64,000 nt of DNA from Smithellaceae bacterium. GTDB lineage: Bacteria > Desulfobacterota > Syntrophia > Syntrophales > Smithellaceae. Positions 32,830-42,259 of this stretch are shown here, one piece after another. The position numbers were made by a program, and so were the translations under genes. Each line of letters starts with the position of its first letter. Within the stretch, counting starts at the first letter, position 1. Location of the stretch: positions 1,600,001-1,664,000 of the forward strand of contig CAXXVL010000002.1 in NCBI GenBank assembly GCA_963667845.2, written 5' to 3'. The notes under the pieces are model-generated. The model saw only the letters and a list, made by a program, of their open reading frames with translations, did not search any database and had not been told where the DNA came from.

Positions 32830-33648
32830 ATGGAAAGCCAAATAGCCAAAGCCGTCCACCTCAGATATCAACCGGTAGCGCTTCTGTGGTCCGATGAAAA
32901 ACCGGAAGGCGCGATGCAGTTCTCCCCCGGCAAGTGGGGCTGCGTGATGTGGCTGGTCATTGCCGCGGCCAAGGGCAAGCCCGCCGTTGCCGACAGGAAA
33001 ACTTTCGGCTGCTTCGGCGGCGGCGTGGGTCTGGGCTTCGGCAATCAGTATCAAAGCTTCCCCGGCGGCGAGCAGGGATTCTGCCACTTTCTTTCCTCGG
33101 GAAATGCCGGGCGTCCGGGCGGCCCGGAGCTGGCCGAACAGGTCAAACCTTACATGACCAAAGAAAGCCACGATAACTTCCTGCACGGTGAACGTTATAT
33201 TAAGAATCCTGAGGGCGTCCGCAAGTTCATCGAGGCATTGCCTCTTGCGGATATCCCTGCAGCCTACGTCGTCTTTAAACCCCTCTCCGCCGTCGATTTG
33301 ACCAAAGAAAAGCCTCAGGCGGTCATCTTCTTTGTCAATCCCGATCAACTCTCGGCGTTGACGGTGCTGGCCAATTACGGACGCGGCGACAATGAAAACG
33401 TCACCATCCCTTATGCGGCGGGTTGTCAGACGATCGGCATTTATCCTTATCGCGAAGCGAAATCGGCCAGGTCCCGCGCCGTGGTCGGCCTGACGGATTT
33501 ATCGGCCCGCGTCTATGCCCGCAAGCAACTGGGCGATCCCAACTTCATGACGTTTGCCGCCCCGCTGGCACTCTTTGAGGAAATGGAGCAAAATGTTCCC
33601 GGCTCTTTCCTGGAGCGGCCGACCTGGCAAAGTCTGCTGTCCGAATGA
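32830..33648 (+). CDS. Conserved hypothetical protein, DUF169-like
   Basis: GC...GCFGG, NPDQLSAL and AAGCQ Cys motifs; GGAGG RBS; family assignment is from memory. Confidence 0.7.
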   Translation: MESQIAKAVHLRYQPVALLWSDEKPEGAMQFSPGKWGCVMWLVIAAAKGKPAVADRKTFGCFGGGVGLGFGNQYQSFPGGEQGFCHFLSSGNAGRPGGPELAEQVKPYMTKESHDNFLHGERYIKNPEGVRKFIEALPLADIPAAYVVFKPLSAVDLTKEKPQAVIFFVNPDQLSALTVLANYGRGDNENVTIPYAAGCQTIGIYPYREAKSARSRAVVGLTDLSARVYARKQLGDPNFMTFAAPLALFEEMEQNVPGSFLERPTWQSLLSE

Positions 33649-33669
33649 GCGTGAGGGCGAAGACCGATA

Positions 33670-33831
33670 TCACCTACCCGTAATAGAAGTCGTACGCGCC
33701 TCATTCGCGCCGTGCCGGCCAGCGGGTTTCCCGCATACCGGACAAATCACCATCTGTGCTTTGGGATCGATATGAATGTTCTTAATATTTAATGAAAGAA
33801 TCTTTCGGCGGATCGTCTTCATCTCTGACAT
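33670..33831 (-). CDS. Possible 53-aa protein with a CPVCG knuckle (or a gene remnant)
   Basis: Hand translation: MSEMKTIRRKILSLNIKNIHIDPKAQMVICPVCGKPAGRHGANEARTTSITGR*; weak RBS. Confidence 0.3.
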   Translation of the reverse strand: MSEMKTIRRKILSLNIKNIHIDPKAQMVICPVCGKPAGRHGANEARTTSITGR

Positions 33832-34061
33832 TTAAACTGCTCGTGCAATGATTGTTTCCCTCGTGCCCTGATGTCACTGGGAGGGCCGGCATTTTCTCTT
33901 TGCCGGTTCTCTTTTGGTTGATAGCGGATCAGCGGCCCGGAGCTCTCAACAATCGGGCCATCCCGAACTTCCGGGGTCCGACAACCGGCGAAACCGGTTG
34001 ACTTTTTGAAGACCGGACATTATCAGTACACACAGATTTCTTATAGGGGCCTGGAGGAATA

Positions 34062-34412
34062 ATGCGTGGTCCAAGAATATTCATGGTCAACATGAGCATC
34101 GGCTGTCTGGCCGGTGGCTTCATCGGATTTCTTCTTCGGCCGTCCGCTTTTGTGATCGGGCAGCTTCCTTTTCAACATGTGATAACCAGGGGGCAGAGCC
34201 TGCCGGGTGTGGAAAGAGTTTTTATGTCGCTTGCCCGGGAATCGTTTAATACCATGATGATCGGTGCCGTAATCGGCTTGTTGGCCGGTGTCGTGATCGG
34301 GTATTTCATGAGCAGGAAGAGTTCCTGCCGAGGCAAGGTTCTGCAGCGTTATCAGGATATCTTTAGAGCCATTACGGCTTTTTTTCTGGTTCTTTTTCTT
34401 AAAAATGTGTAA
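34062..34412 (+). CDS. Small membrane protein with two Gly-rich TM helices
   Basis: GGAGGA RBS; hydrophobic GxxxG segments. Confidence 0.65.
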   Translation: MRGPRIFMVNMSIGCLAGGFIGFLLRPSAFVIGQLPFQHVITRGQSLPGVERVFMSLARESFNTMMIGAVIGLLAGVVIGYFMSRKSSCRGKVLQRYQDIFRAITAFFLVLFLKNV

Positions 34413-34483
34413 ACTGTTTAAAGCGGAATACAGGATATTTGTCCTGACTGCTAATGACTATTTGACCCCGGAAGGAGAGTCCC

Positions 34484-36199
34484 ATGAATTATCTGCTGCA
34501 GCCGAAGAAGTATCAGAGCCTGATGTCCGATGAAGGATCCAAAGCAATCATGAACAAAACGATCGCGTTCTTTGAAGCGATGGGCAAAACCAAAATTACG
34601 GAGGACTTCAATAAGAAGGTCTGGTACCGGGAGTTTGTTGATTTTATGGGCAAGGAACAGATTTTTGCCAAGCTCCTCACCCCCAGTCAATACGGCGGTG
34701 GTGATCCCGATTGCCGCTGGGATACGGCCCGCAACAGTGAATTTTCCGAACTGCTGGCTTTTTACGGCCTGGGTTATTGGTACTGCTTCCAGGTCAGCAT
34801 CCTCGGGCTTGGTCCTATCTGGATGAGCCCCAATGAAACGGCCAAGAAGAAAGCTGCCGAACTGCTTAAGAAAGGGGCGATTTTTGCCTTCGGACTTTCC
34901 GAACGGACGCACGGCGCGGATATTTATTCCACCGAAACGACGCTGACGCCCAAACCCGACGGCACCTGGGTGGCCAATGGAGAGAAGTACTACATCGGCA
35001 ACGGCAACGAAGCGGAGATGGTTTCGACGCTGGGCAAGATCAAGGACGGTACGGACGACTATACCTTTTTCGTTACGAATTTCCATCATAAAGCCTATGA
35101 ACTCAAAAAGAACGTCGTTTCTCATCAGCAGTATGTCTCCAATTTCGCGCTGCACGACTACCCCATCACCAAAGACGATATTTTGTCCCGGGGACCGCTC
35201 GCCTGGGATTCTTCGCTCAATACCGTCAATATCGGGAAATTCAATATCGGTCCGGGATCGATCGGGATTACCGAGCATTGCTTTTATGAAGCGATCACGC
35301 ATGCGGCTAACCGTGTTCTCTATGGTTTTCCCGTAACCGATATGCCGCATGTGCGCAAGAACTTCATTGATGCCTGGCTTAGGATCGTGGGCATGAAACT
35401 CTACCAGCGCCGCGCGACCGACTATTTCCGCAACGCCAGTGCCGATGACCGCCGCTATCTGCTTTATAATCCCACCAGTAAAATGAAAGTTACCCTGCAG
35501 GCGGAGGATGTGGTCAACCTTTTGTGGGAAGTGATCGCCGCCAAGGGCTTTGAGAAGGACACCTTCTTCTCACTGGCTGCCGCCGACGTGCGCGGTCCTT
35601 CCAAACTCGAAGGCACGGTTCACGTCAACGTCCAGCTGATCCGCAAGTTCATGAAGAACTATTTTTTCAGCCCGGCCGAGTATAAGCCGGTCGCGCCGGA
35701 CTTTTCGATCAAAGACGACGTGTTCCTGTTTAATCAGGGACCGACCAAAGGTTTGGGCAAGGTCCAGTTTCATGACTATAAACCGGTCTTTGAAGCCAAT
35801 AAGGGTTTGCCGAATGTGGCGATTTTCATCAAACAGATTGAACTCTTCAAAGAACTGCTGGAGAAAGCCGGTCCGGACAAGGTTCAGGATATGGACCCGC
35901 TGTTCTCTCTGCCGCTGGGGGAGATGTTCTCCATCGTGGTCTATGGCCAGCTGATTCTGGAACAGGCGAAATTCGACAACGTGGATCCGGATATCATCAA
36001 TCAGATTTTTGATTTCATGGTACGCGATTTTACACGCTTTGCATTGCAGATTTACGGCATGCACAACACGAAGGAAGAGCAGCGCGCCTACTGCAAAGAA
36101 ATTATGTTGATTAAAGCTGCCGGCGATGATGCCCAGTATAACCGCATCTGGCAAAAATATGTGTACGCCTTAAACGGCGAATACGCGATGAATGAATAG
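34484..36199 (+). CDS. Acyl-CoA dehydrogenase family protein
   Basis: AFGLSERTHGAD, NGEKYYIGNG and KLEGT motifs. Confidence 0.93.
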   Translation: MNYLLQPKKYQSLMSDEGSKAIMNKTIAFFEAMGKTKITEDFNKKVWYREFVDFMGKEQIFAKLLTPSQYGGGDPDCRWDTARNSEFSELLAFYGLGYWYCFQVSILGLGPIWMSPNETAKKKAAELLKKGAIFAFGLSERTHGADIYSTETTLTPKPDGTWVANGEKYYIGNGNEAEMVSTLGKIKDGTDDYTFFVTNFHHKAYELKKNVVSHQQYVSNFALHDYPITKDDILSRGPLAWDSSLNTVNIGKFNIGPGSIGITEHCFYEAITHAANRVLYGFPVTDMPHVRKNFIDAWLRIVGMKLYQRRATDYFRNASADDRRYLLYNPTSKMKVTLQAEDVVNLLWEVIAAKGFEKDTFFSLAAADVRGPSKLEGTVHVNVQLIRKFMKNYFFSPAEYKPVAPDFSIKDDVFLFNQGPTKGLGKVQFHDYKPVFEANKGLPNVAIFIKQIELFKELLEKAGPDKVQDMDPLFSLPLGEMFSIVVYGQLILEQAKFDNVDPDIINQIFDFMVRDFTRFALQIYGMHNTKEEQRAYCKEIMLIKAAGDDAQYNRIWQKYVYALNGEYAMNE

Positions 36200-36255
36200 T
36201 CTGCGGCAACCCCGGATGGCGGTCTTCTTTGTATCTGGGCCAAGGATGCGGCGAA

Positions 36256-37812
36256 GTGAACGATAAGAACGAAACCGGATGGCTAAGCAGACGGCAGTTG
36301 CTCCAGGCTGGCGCCCTCGCGGGCGCCTGGTTTGCCTTTCCCGGCATTGCCGCCTGTTCGCCTTTGCCCGAATATCAAAAGCTGGCGTCGGGAGACGACG
36401 CCAGCCTGCATCTCATCCATGGCAATGTTATTGACGTCGTTCGCGGCATTGTCCTGCGGGATAAAACCGTGGTGATCCGCCGCGGCCTCATTGCTGCCGT
36501 GACCGACGACCTGCCGGTTACCGATCCGCAGGCGGTTGTTATTGATCTTAGAAATCATTATGTCCTGCCGGGACTGATTGATGCCCATTGCCACACCACG
36601 CTGACCAGTGAGGCCGAGTTGAAAGTCTTTGGCCTCACCACCACCTATCGTCAATTCAAAAGAAATTATGTGCAGCAATTCGCGCATGGCGTGACGACCG
36701 TCCGGGACATGGGAGCGATGCCGAAGTTGCTGCATGACGGGCTCAAATGGATGGCGGACGGCGACATCATCGGCCCGAGGGTTGTCTATTGCAATGCCTT
36801 TACCAATGTCTACGGAAGCCATCCCGATATTGATCCTGCGGACGTCAGCATCTTTTCGGGTCTGGCTCTGGCCGTGACCGGCAATCCCAGTTTGTGGTTC
36901 AAAGACACCCGGGAACTCAAAGACCGGATGAAAGAAAATTCCACGGGCGGTGTATCCTTCATTAAGCTGACCATGGACAAACGGTCCGTGATGTGCGGAC
37001 GCGGGGAAATACCGGTTTATTCCGATGAGCATCTGCGCACCATTAAGGAATTCTCGGAGATGCAAAACCTGCCGACGGCGGGACACGTTCATACCCGGTT
37101 CGGTTTTGACAGGGCGCTTCACTATGGCCTCAACTCCATAGAGCACTCGATCGGAGACGCTTTTGTCACGGATCAGGATGCGCTCGTCATGGCGCAAAAG
37201 AGTATCGCTATTGTTCCGACCCTGATGATTGCGCAGATGTATGCAGCGCCGGAAGCCTACCGGGAGCTTCCGCTTCAGTATCGGACGGATTTTATCGGCG
37301 AAGAGCTCGCCATCCGGAAGGAGTATCTCTATTCCTGCACGGACGATGACGTCGAACCCGGAATTCATCGGGCCAATCTGAAGACTCTGGAACTCCTTCG
37401 GGCGAATGGCTGCGAGGCCCTGTCCGGGAAAGGAAAATTTCTGGCGCGGCCGGATCTTTATTTTGATATCCTGCTCAAAGGTCCGGAGAATCTTTTAAAG
37501 ATGAAGCGCGCGGGTGTTCTCGTCGGCTGCGGCACGGATTCGGGCGTGCCGTTCATTTACCACGGGACGCTCTGGCGGGAAATGGAAATGTTGGGACGCC
37601 TCGGTTTTACCAACAACGAAGTATTGCAGTGTGCGACGATCAACAATGCGCTGATTCTGCGGCTGGCCGACAAGATCGGGACGATTGAAAAGGGCAAATT
37701 TGCGGATCTGGCCGTCTTCAAGGGAAACCCGCTGGAAAAGATTGAAGCCTGCCGGACGCCCCGATGGGTTGTCAAAGACGGCCGGGTTTATGATGTTTCC
37801 ATCAAGAGATAA
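36256..37812 (+). CDS. Amidohydrolase-superfamily metal-dependent hydrolase with Tat signal and lipobox
   Basis: SRRQLL...IAAC; PGLIDAHCH, GVTTVRDMG, SIEH, GTDSG and GKFADL motifs; GTG start inferred. Confidence 0.9.
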   Translation: MNDKNETGWLSRRQLLQAGALAGAWFAFPGIAACSPLPEYQKLASGDDASLHLIHGNVIDVVRGIVLRDKTVVIRRGLIAAVTDDLPVTDPQAVVIDLRNHYVLPGLIDAHCHTTLTSEAELKVFGLTTTYRQFKRNYVQQFAHGVTTVRDMGAMPKLLHDGLKWMADGDIIGPRVVYCNAFTNVYGSHPDIDPADVSIFSGLALAVTGNPSLWFKDTRELKDRMKENSTGGVSFIKLTMDKRSVMCGRGEIPVYSDEHLRTIKEFSEMQNLPTAGHVHTRFGFDRALHYGLNSIEHSIGDAFVTDQDALVMAQKSIAIVPTLMIAQMYAAPEAYRELPLQYRTDFIGEELAIRKEYLYSCTDDDVEPGIHRANLKTLELLRANGCEALSGKGKFLARPDLYFDILLKGPENLLKMKRAGVLVGCGTDSGVPFIYHGTLWREMEMLGRLGFTNNEVLQCATINNALILRLADKIGTIEKGKFADLAVFKGNPLEKIEACRTPRWVVKDGRVYDVSIKR

Positions 37813-37992
37813 CTGGAGTGGAGGACCTCGTCAGCCGCAGGAAGAAGTCCGGATGTCTCCCGGCACCTCTTCCGTCCCCCGTTTTGGTGTTTAGTCCCCG
37901 ATCTGAAGGGTGATAACCAAAAGGGATACCTTCAAGATTTCCCCCGTATGCTTGACCCGTGCACATGTCATTGCGCACTGAGTCTGATCAGA

Positions 37993-38166
37993 TCAGTGCT
38001 TCAAACGATTGATGAGGTCTGACATGAAGGCTTCCCGAACTTTAAGTTCCTTGCGAAATTCCTTCCGATCCGTGTTTGCAATTTCGCTTTCCAGCTCCGG
38101 CAGGTACCGCTCAAGAATAGTCAGAAGCTCGCCTTCCTCGCTCTCGGTTAAATGAAGTCTGTCCAT
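37993..38166 (-). CDS. Hypothetical 57-aa helical protein
   Basis: AAAGGAGAG RBS before ATG; MDRLHLTESEEGELL...LINRLKH. Confidence 0.7.
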   Translation of the reverse strand: MDRLHLTESEEGELLTILERYLPELESEIANTDRKEFRKELKVREAFMSDLINRLKH

Positions 38167-38496
38167 GATAACTCTCCTTTCACTGTTTAATGTGAATGGG
38201 TTTTGCCGATTTGGAGAAATCAAGCACATGATTCCCAACGGCAACCGATGCATATGTCCGGTTTTTTCCCCGGTTTTGGCAAAACGTCTCTTGATCATCG
38301 ACCGGTGGACCTCACACCCCTGTGCATTTAGATCATCTTTGATTTAATTGTAATTTTTCTCCCCTTCCCAACTCATCTTCCCCGAGCCGTTTTTTCAAAG
38401 ACCCAAAATACAAATAAGATATCGTTAAAAGTAGTTTCATCACTTGATTTGCGATTGTCAAGACGAGGTCTTATAACCGGCGCAGCTGTGTCAGGC

Positions 38497-38557
38497 TTAA
38501 TCCCGCTCACGCGGGACGAGGGTTAATTCTCTGGAGCTTGCCGCGAAGTGGTTGATT
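38497..38557 (-). repeat. Intergenic repeat family A, copy 2
   Basis: Reverse complement aatcaaccacttcgcggcaagc...ctcgtcccgcgtgagcgggattaa matches 27230-27329 (last 24 nt match 21/24). Confidence 0.75.
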
Positions 38558-38664
38558 CCGTCGAGAAGCCCCCCCCGGGAGCTGGGCCTAAAAGGGATTG
38601 CAATTATTCTGGAATTTATTATGCTGGCCGCAATGGTCATTGAAAAACCGGAGAAAGAAAGGTT

Positions 38665-40044
38665 ATGCAATCGCTTATACCAACGCTCGTATCACTCATC
38701 AACAGCGCCGCAGTCATCGTCGTTATTGCTTATTTTTTAACCCGTAGTCCCCTGTTTAACCGCGTTCTGGAAAAAACCATGACCTGGCGGGACCAGCTTC
38801 TCATGGTCCTTGTCTTCGGGTTATTCTCTATTTACGGAACGCTTGCCGGGTTTCCCATCCTCGGCGGCATTGCCAGCATTCGTGATCTGGGGCCGACCGT
38901 TGCGGGTCTCCTGGCGGGTCCTCTGGTTGGTTTAGGCGCCGGACTCATCGGCGGGATTCACCGCTATCTGCAGGGCGGTTTTACAGCGGTGGCATGCGGT
39001 CTTGCGCCTGTCGTGGGCGGGGTGGCGGGTGGCATCGTTTACTTTCTGAAACGCGACCGTTTTCTGGGCATCGGACGCGCCGTCGGGCTTATGATCGGCG
39101 TGGAACTGGTCCACATGGCCATGGCCCTTTTCATCAGCAAGCCCTGGGAGCAGGCCGTTGCAATCGTCGAGGGCACCATCATCCCGATCGTTACCGCCAA
39201 TGCCCTCGGCATCGGCGTCTATGGATTCATTATGACCAATCTGCTTAAAGAGCGCGCACTGGAAAAGGCCAAGCATACGATGGAAGGCGAACTCAGTGTG
39301 GCCCGCGAAATTCAAATGAGTCTTGTTCCGAAAACCTTTCCCCCTGTGCCCGCGAGAGATGAGTTTTCTCTGTTTGCCACGCTGGAACCGGCCAGGGAAG
39401 TCGGCGGTGACTTGTACGACTTTTATTTTGTCGGCGATAATCAATTCTTTTTCATGATCGGCGATGTTTCAGGGAAGGGGGTGCCCGCTGCCCTGTTCAT
39501 GGCCGTGAGCAGAACCGTGATGAAAGCCAAAATGCAGCCGGGCGGCCTCGGGTTGGGGCCCATCGTATCCGACGTCAACCGAACGCTCTGCGAAGGGAAT
39601 GACGCCTCGATGTTCGTGACCGCTTTTTGCGGATTTCTGAATATAGAAACCGGCGACGTCACCTACGTCAATGCGGGGCATAATCCGCCGGCGATTGTGA
39701 AAGCTGACGGGCAAGCTTCTTATCTCAAGGTCACGGCGAATGTTCCCCTGGGTGTTTTAGGTGATAAGACGTTCTCGGAAGAGAAGCTTCGGCTCGAACG
39801 CGGCGATACGCTGGTGCTCTATACCGATGGAGTCACCGAGGCCACGAACAGGCAGAAAGATTTCTTTACCGAAGTGCGGCTTCTGCACGTACTTACGGGA
39901 ACGAACAGGCTCGCGGTGCGGGGTGTCGTGGAAAAAACCATCGCGGCGGTGCATCAATTTGCCGCAGGGTCTGATCCGGCCGATGACATCACCCTGCTGG
40001 CGCTGCGCATGGAGCCTCTTATCCGGCAAAAGCAGTTATCGTAA
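38665..40044 (+). CDS. LytS/YhcK-type membrane sensor fused to a PP2C (SpoIIE/RsbU) phosphatase
   Basis: FSIYGT, GLLAGPLVG..AGLIGGIHRY in the N-terminal half; VGGDLYD, GDVSGKGVPAA, NAGHNPP, YTDGVTEA and DDIT in the C-terminal half. Confidence 0.9.
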   Translation: MQSLIPTLVSLINSAAVIVVIAYFLTRSPLFNRVLEKTMTWRDQLLMVLVFGLFSIYGTLAGFPILGGIASIRDLGPTVAGLLAGPLVGLGAGLIGGIHRYLQGGFTAVACGLAPVVGGVAGGIVYFLKRDRFLGIGRAVGLMIGVELVHMAMALFISKPWEQAVAIVEGTIIPIVTANALGIGVYGFIMTNLLKERALEKAKHTMEGELSVAREIQMSLVPKTFPPVPARDEFSLFATLEPAREVGGDLYDFYFVGDNQFFFMIGDVSGKGVPAALFMAVSRTVMKAKMQPGGLGLGPIVSDVNRTLCEGNDASMFVTAFCGFLNIETGDVTYVNAGHNPPAIVKADGQASYLKVTANVPLGVLGDKTFSEEKLRLERGDTLVLYTDGVTEATNRQKDFFTEVRLLHVLTGTNRLAVRGVVEKTIAAVHQFAAGSDPADDITLLALRMEPLIRQKQLS

Positions 40045-40134
40045 AAGACGAAGCGGATGCTGTCGGGGAACCAGAGGGAGGGCAAGAAAAATGATTGCCT
40101 CTCCCGGTTCGGCAAAGGGAGGGGAGAGCTGTTC

Positions 40135-40524
40135 TTATTGCACAGCCCGGACATCTACAATAAAATATTCGGTATCGCCAAAACAGCTGGTCGGAACGCC
40201 TCTGTGCTGTTCGTAAGTGAGTGCCACACGTTTTCCGGCAAGCCCGTTGATCCGACCCGCCACCTTGTCATCCCGGATGCTGAACAGAAATTTATCGGGG
40301 ATGGCGCCCGGCATCGTAACCATCGCCATCTCACCTTCCCACGTTTTACAGATCCAGCCGCTCTTGGAAAGTTTTTGAATATACCCGACCCGCTCGCCCG
40401 TGGAAAAACTCCACGTCAGAGTAAGCCAGGCATAAGAGATTGCGATGACCAGCACTGCCAGGACGAAACCCGCAAGCCACACGAGCCAGCGCATTTTCTT
40501 CTTTTCCCCGAATTCATTTTCCAT
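40135..40524 (-). CDS. Conserved hypothetical protein with an N-terminal membrane anchor
   Basis: TM helix followed by GERVGYIQKLSKSGWICKTWEGE and CFGDTEYF; AAAGGA RBS. Confidence 0.8.
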   Translation of the reverse strand: MENEFGEKKKMRWLVWLAGFVLAVLVIAISYAWLTLTWSFSTGERVGYIQKLSKSGWICKTWEGEMAMVTMPGAIPDKFLFSIRDDKVAGRINGLAGKRVALTYEQHRGVPTSCFGDTEYFIVDVRAVQ

Positions 40525-40641
40525 AGACAAGTCCTTTGACAAAAATTAGAAATTTGCGTCCGCTCGACCCGATCGGGCCGAAATGGGCGGCCGCACCCCC
40601 AGGACGATTTGCCTGCGCGATATGCGGCAAGCCGGCGCCGG

Positions 40642-41049
40642 CTATTTTTTCATTTTTCTTTTCTGGACGGACTTCTTTTTACGAACGCCTGCCGCCGGTT
40701 TTCTCCGGGCCAGGATGGAAGCGATATGCCGGCCTTCTTCTTCTCCGACCGGCTCTTTTCCCGTCGTGATTTGCGCGGATTGATTGTCGGCAGACCAGTT
40801 GAACATGACCGGCTTTTCATTGCGCAGCATATCGGTGACCGAAAAAAGATCCGAGCGGTGAAAACTCAGAAACACGGTGCCGTTTAAACCTTGTCGCGGT
40901 TCAGGCAGCCGGCCGGTTCTTTCGACGAATGCGGCCATGCACAGGAGCTTGTTTCGGGCGTCAAACAGATAAAGAAATGCCGCGTTTTCTCCGTTCATCG
41001 TGCGGAACTCGTATTGGTAATTGGTTACTTCCGCGCTGACATTCGGCAT
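40642..41049 (-). CDS. Hypothetical protein with DMLRNEKPV...EPVGEEE motif and a basic tail
   Basis: GGGAGA RBS; natural-looking composition. Confidence 0.75.
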   Translation of the reverse strand: MPNVSAEVTNYQYEFRTMNGENAAFLYLFDARNKLLCMAAFVERTGRLPEPRQGLNGTVFLSFHRSDLFSVTDMLRNEKPVMFNWSADNQSAQITTGKEPVGEEEGRHIASILARRKPAAGVRKKKSVQKRKMKK

Positions 41050-41476
41050 AAAATAATCTCCCTTCTCAAAAAAATTATTTCAGCAAACCCGCGTCGAGTG
41101 TTGATCGACCCCCCTCCGGAGACCTGAAAAAAAATAAATTCGTGCGGACGCCGTCGTCGGGGCAGAATGTCCGCGAAGGCCTCGTCGGCTAAACAGGAGG
41201 GCTCGGGTATGATTGCCGCCATACAGTGCTCCCATTTCGATTCCGGTTTTCGCGGTCGCCTTTTCTTCTCAATTACCGTTTCAGATTTGATCATGATTCA
41301 CCGTAATATTCAACATGATTTTGTGATGGTGATGGCGAGCGCGGCCTTGATTGATTCCGGGACCCTCTTTTTTTGGGCATTGCGCGATGTCATAAAATTA
41401 TTGCCTGCCCGCCGAAGGTATGATACCTTCACCGAGACTAATTTTTCCCGGAACATGATCAGGCGAGGAGCTCCAC

Positions 41477-42244
41477 ATGAAAATAAGGGTGCTGGGTTGT
41501 CACGGTTCACAACTGCCTCATCGCAATACAACCAGCTTTCTGATTGAAAAAAATGTTCTGATGGACGCGGGATCCGTCACGCCGGTGTTGACACTGGAAG
41601 AACAACTGCACATCGACTACATTTTTGTTACGCATGCCCATCTGGATCATGTGCGCGATATCATGTTTCTTGCGGATAATCTTTACTATGCGAAGCGGGA
41701 GAAACCGCTGGTTGTCTGCAGCAGCCGCGGAATCATTGAGACGATTCACCGTCATTTGTTCAATAACGTTATCTGGCCGGATTTTTCCAGAATTCCCAGC
41801 GTAAAAGCCCCCCTGATCAAATTCGAGATCCTCACACCCGGCCGGACGAAAATGCTGGGCAAATGGCAGGTGCGGGCGATGGGTGTTGATCATACCGTAG
41901 AAACCATGGGGTTTCTAATGGAGTCAAAAGGGAAGAATGTTTTTTTTCTGGGCGACACCGGACCGACTGAGGCTGTCTGGAAAATTGCCGGTAACACGAA
42001 GGGGCTCAAAGCGATATTTATTGAAACATCTTTGCCCGGCAGCATGCAGAACATAGCAGATCGAACCGGACATCTCACCCCGGTGACGCTGGCGGCGGAA
42101 CTGAAGAAACTGAGCAATGTTTCTCCGCAGATTTATCTTCATCATATGAAGCCTCAGTATGCGGAAGAGATCCGTCGCGAGGTCGCGGCACTTCAGAATA
42201 AGAAAATTCATATCATTGAAGACGGTCAGGTCATCCGCGTTTAA
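41477..42244 (+). CDS. Metallo-beta-lactamase-fold 3',5'-cyclic-nucleotide phosphodiesterase (class II-like)
   Basis: LGCHG, THAHLDH, FNNVIWPDF, GDTG and GHLTP motifs; AGGAG RBS. Confidence 0.85.
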   Translation: MKIRVLGCHGSQLPHRNTTSFLIEKNVLMDAGSVTPVLTLEEQLHIDYIFVTHAHLDHVRDIMFLADNLYYAKREKPLVVCSSRGIIETIHRHLFNNVIWPDFSRIPSVKAPLIKFEILTPGRTKMLGKWQVRAMGVDHTVETMGFLMESKGKNVFFLGDTGPTEAVWKIAGNTKGLKAIFIETSLPGSMQNIADRTGHLTPVTLAAELKKLSNVSPQIYLHHMKPQYAEEIRREVAALQNKKIHIIEDGQVIRV

Positions 42245-42259
42245 TTTACCGGCAAGCTC

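Noticed and set aside
37838..37860. ggaagaagtccgg resembling the RNase P RNA GAGGAAAGUCC motif
   Set aside because: The match is imperfect, the spacer is too short, and the 3' conserved element is absent.
38460..38600. Possible riboswitch upstream of the LytS-PP2C gene
   Set aside because: I recognise no aptamer consensus, and the structure is explained by repeat family A.
41190..41265. TTCGATTCC resembling a tRNA T-loop
   Set aside because: The flanks do not form a T-stem and no cloverleaf can be built.
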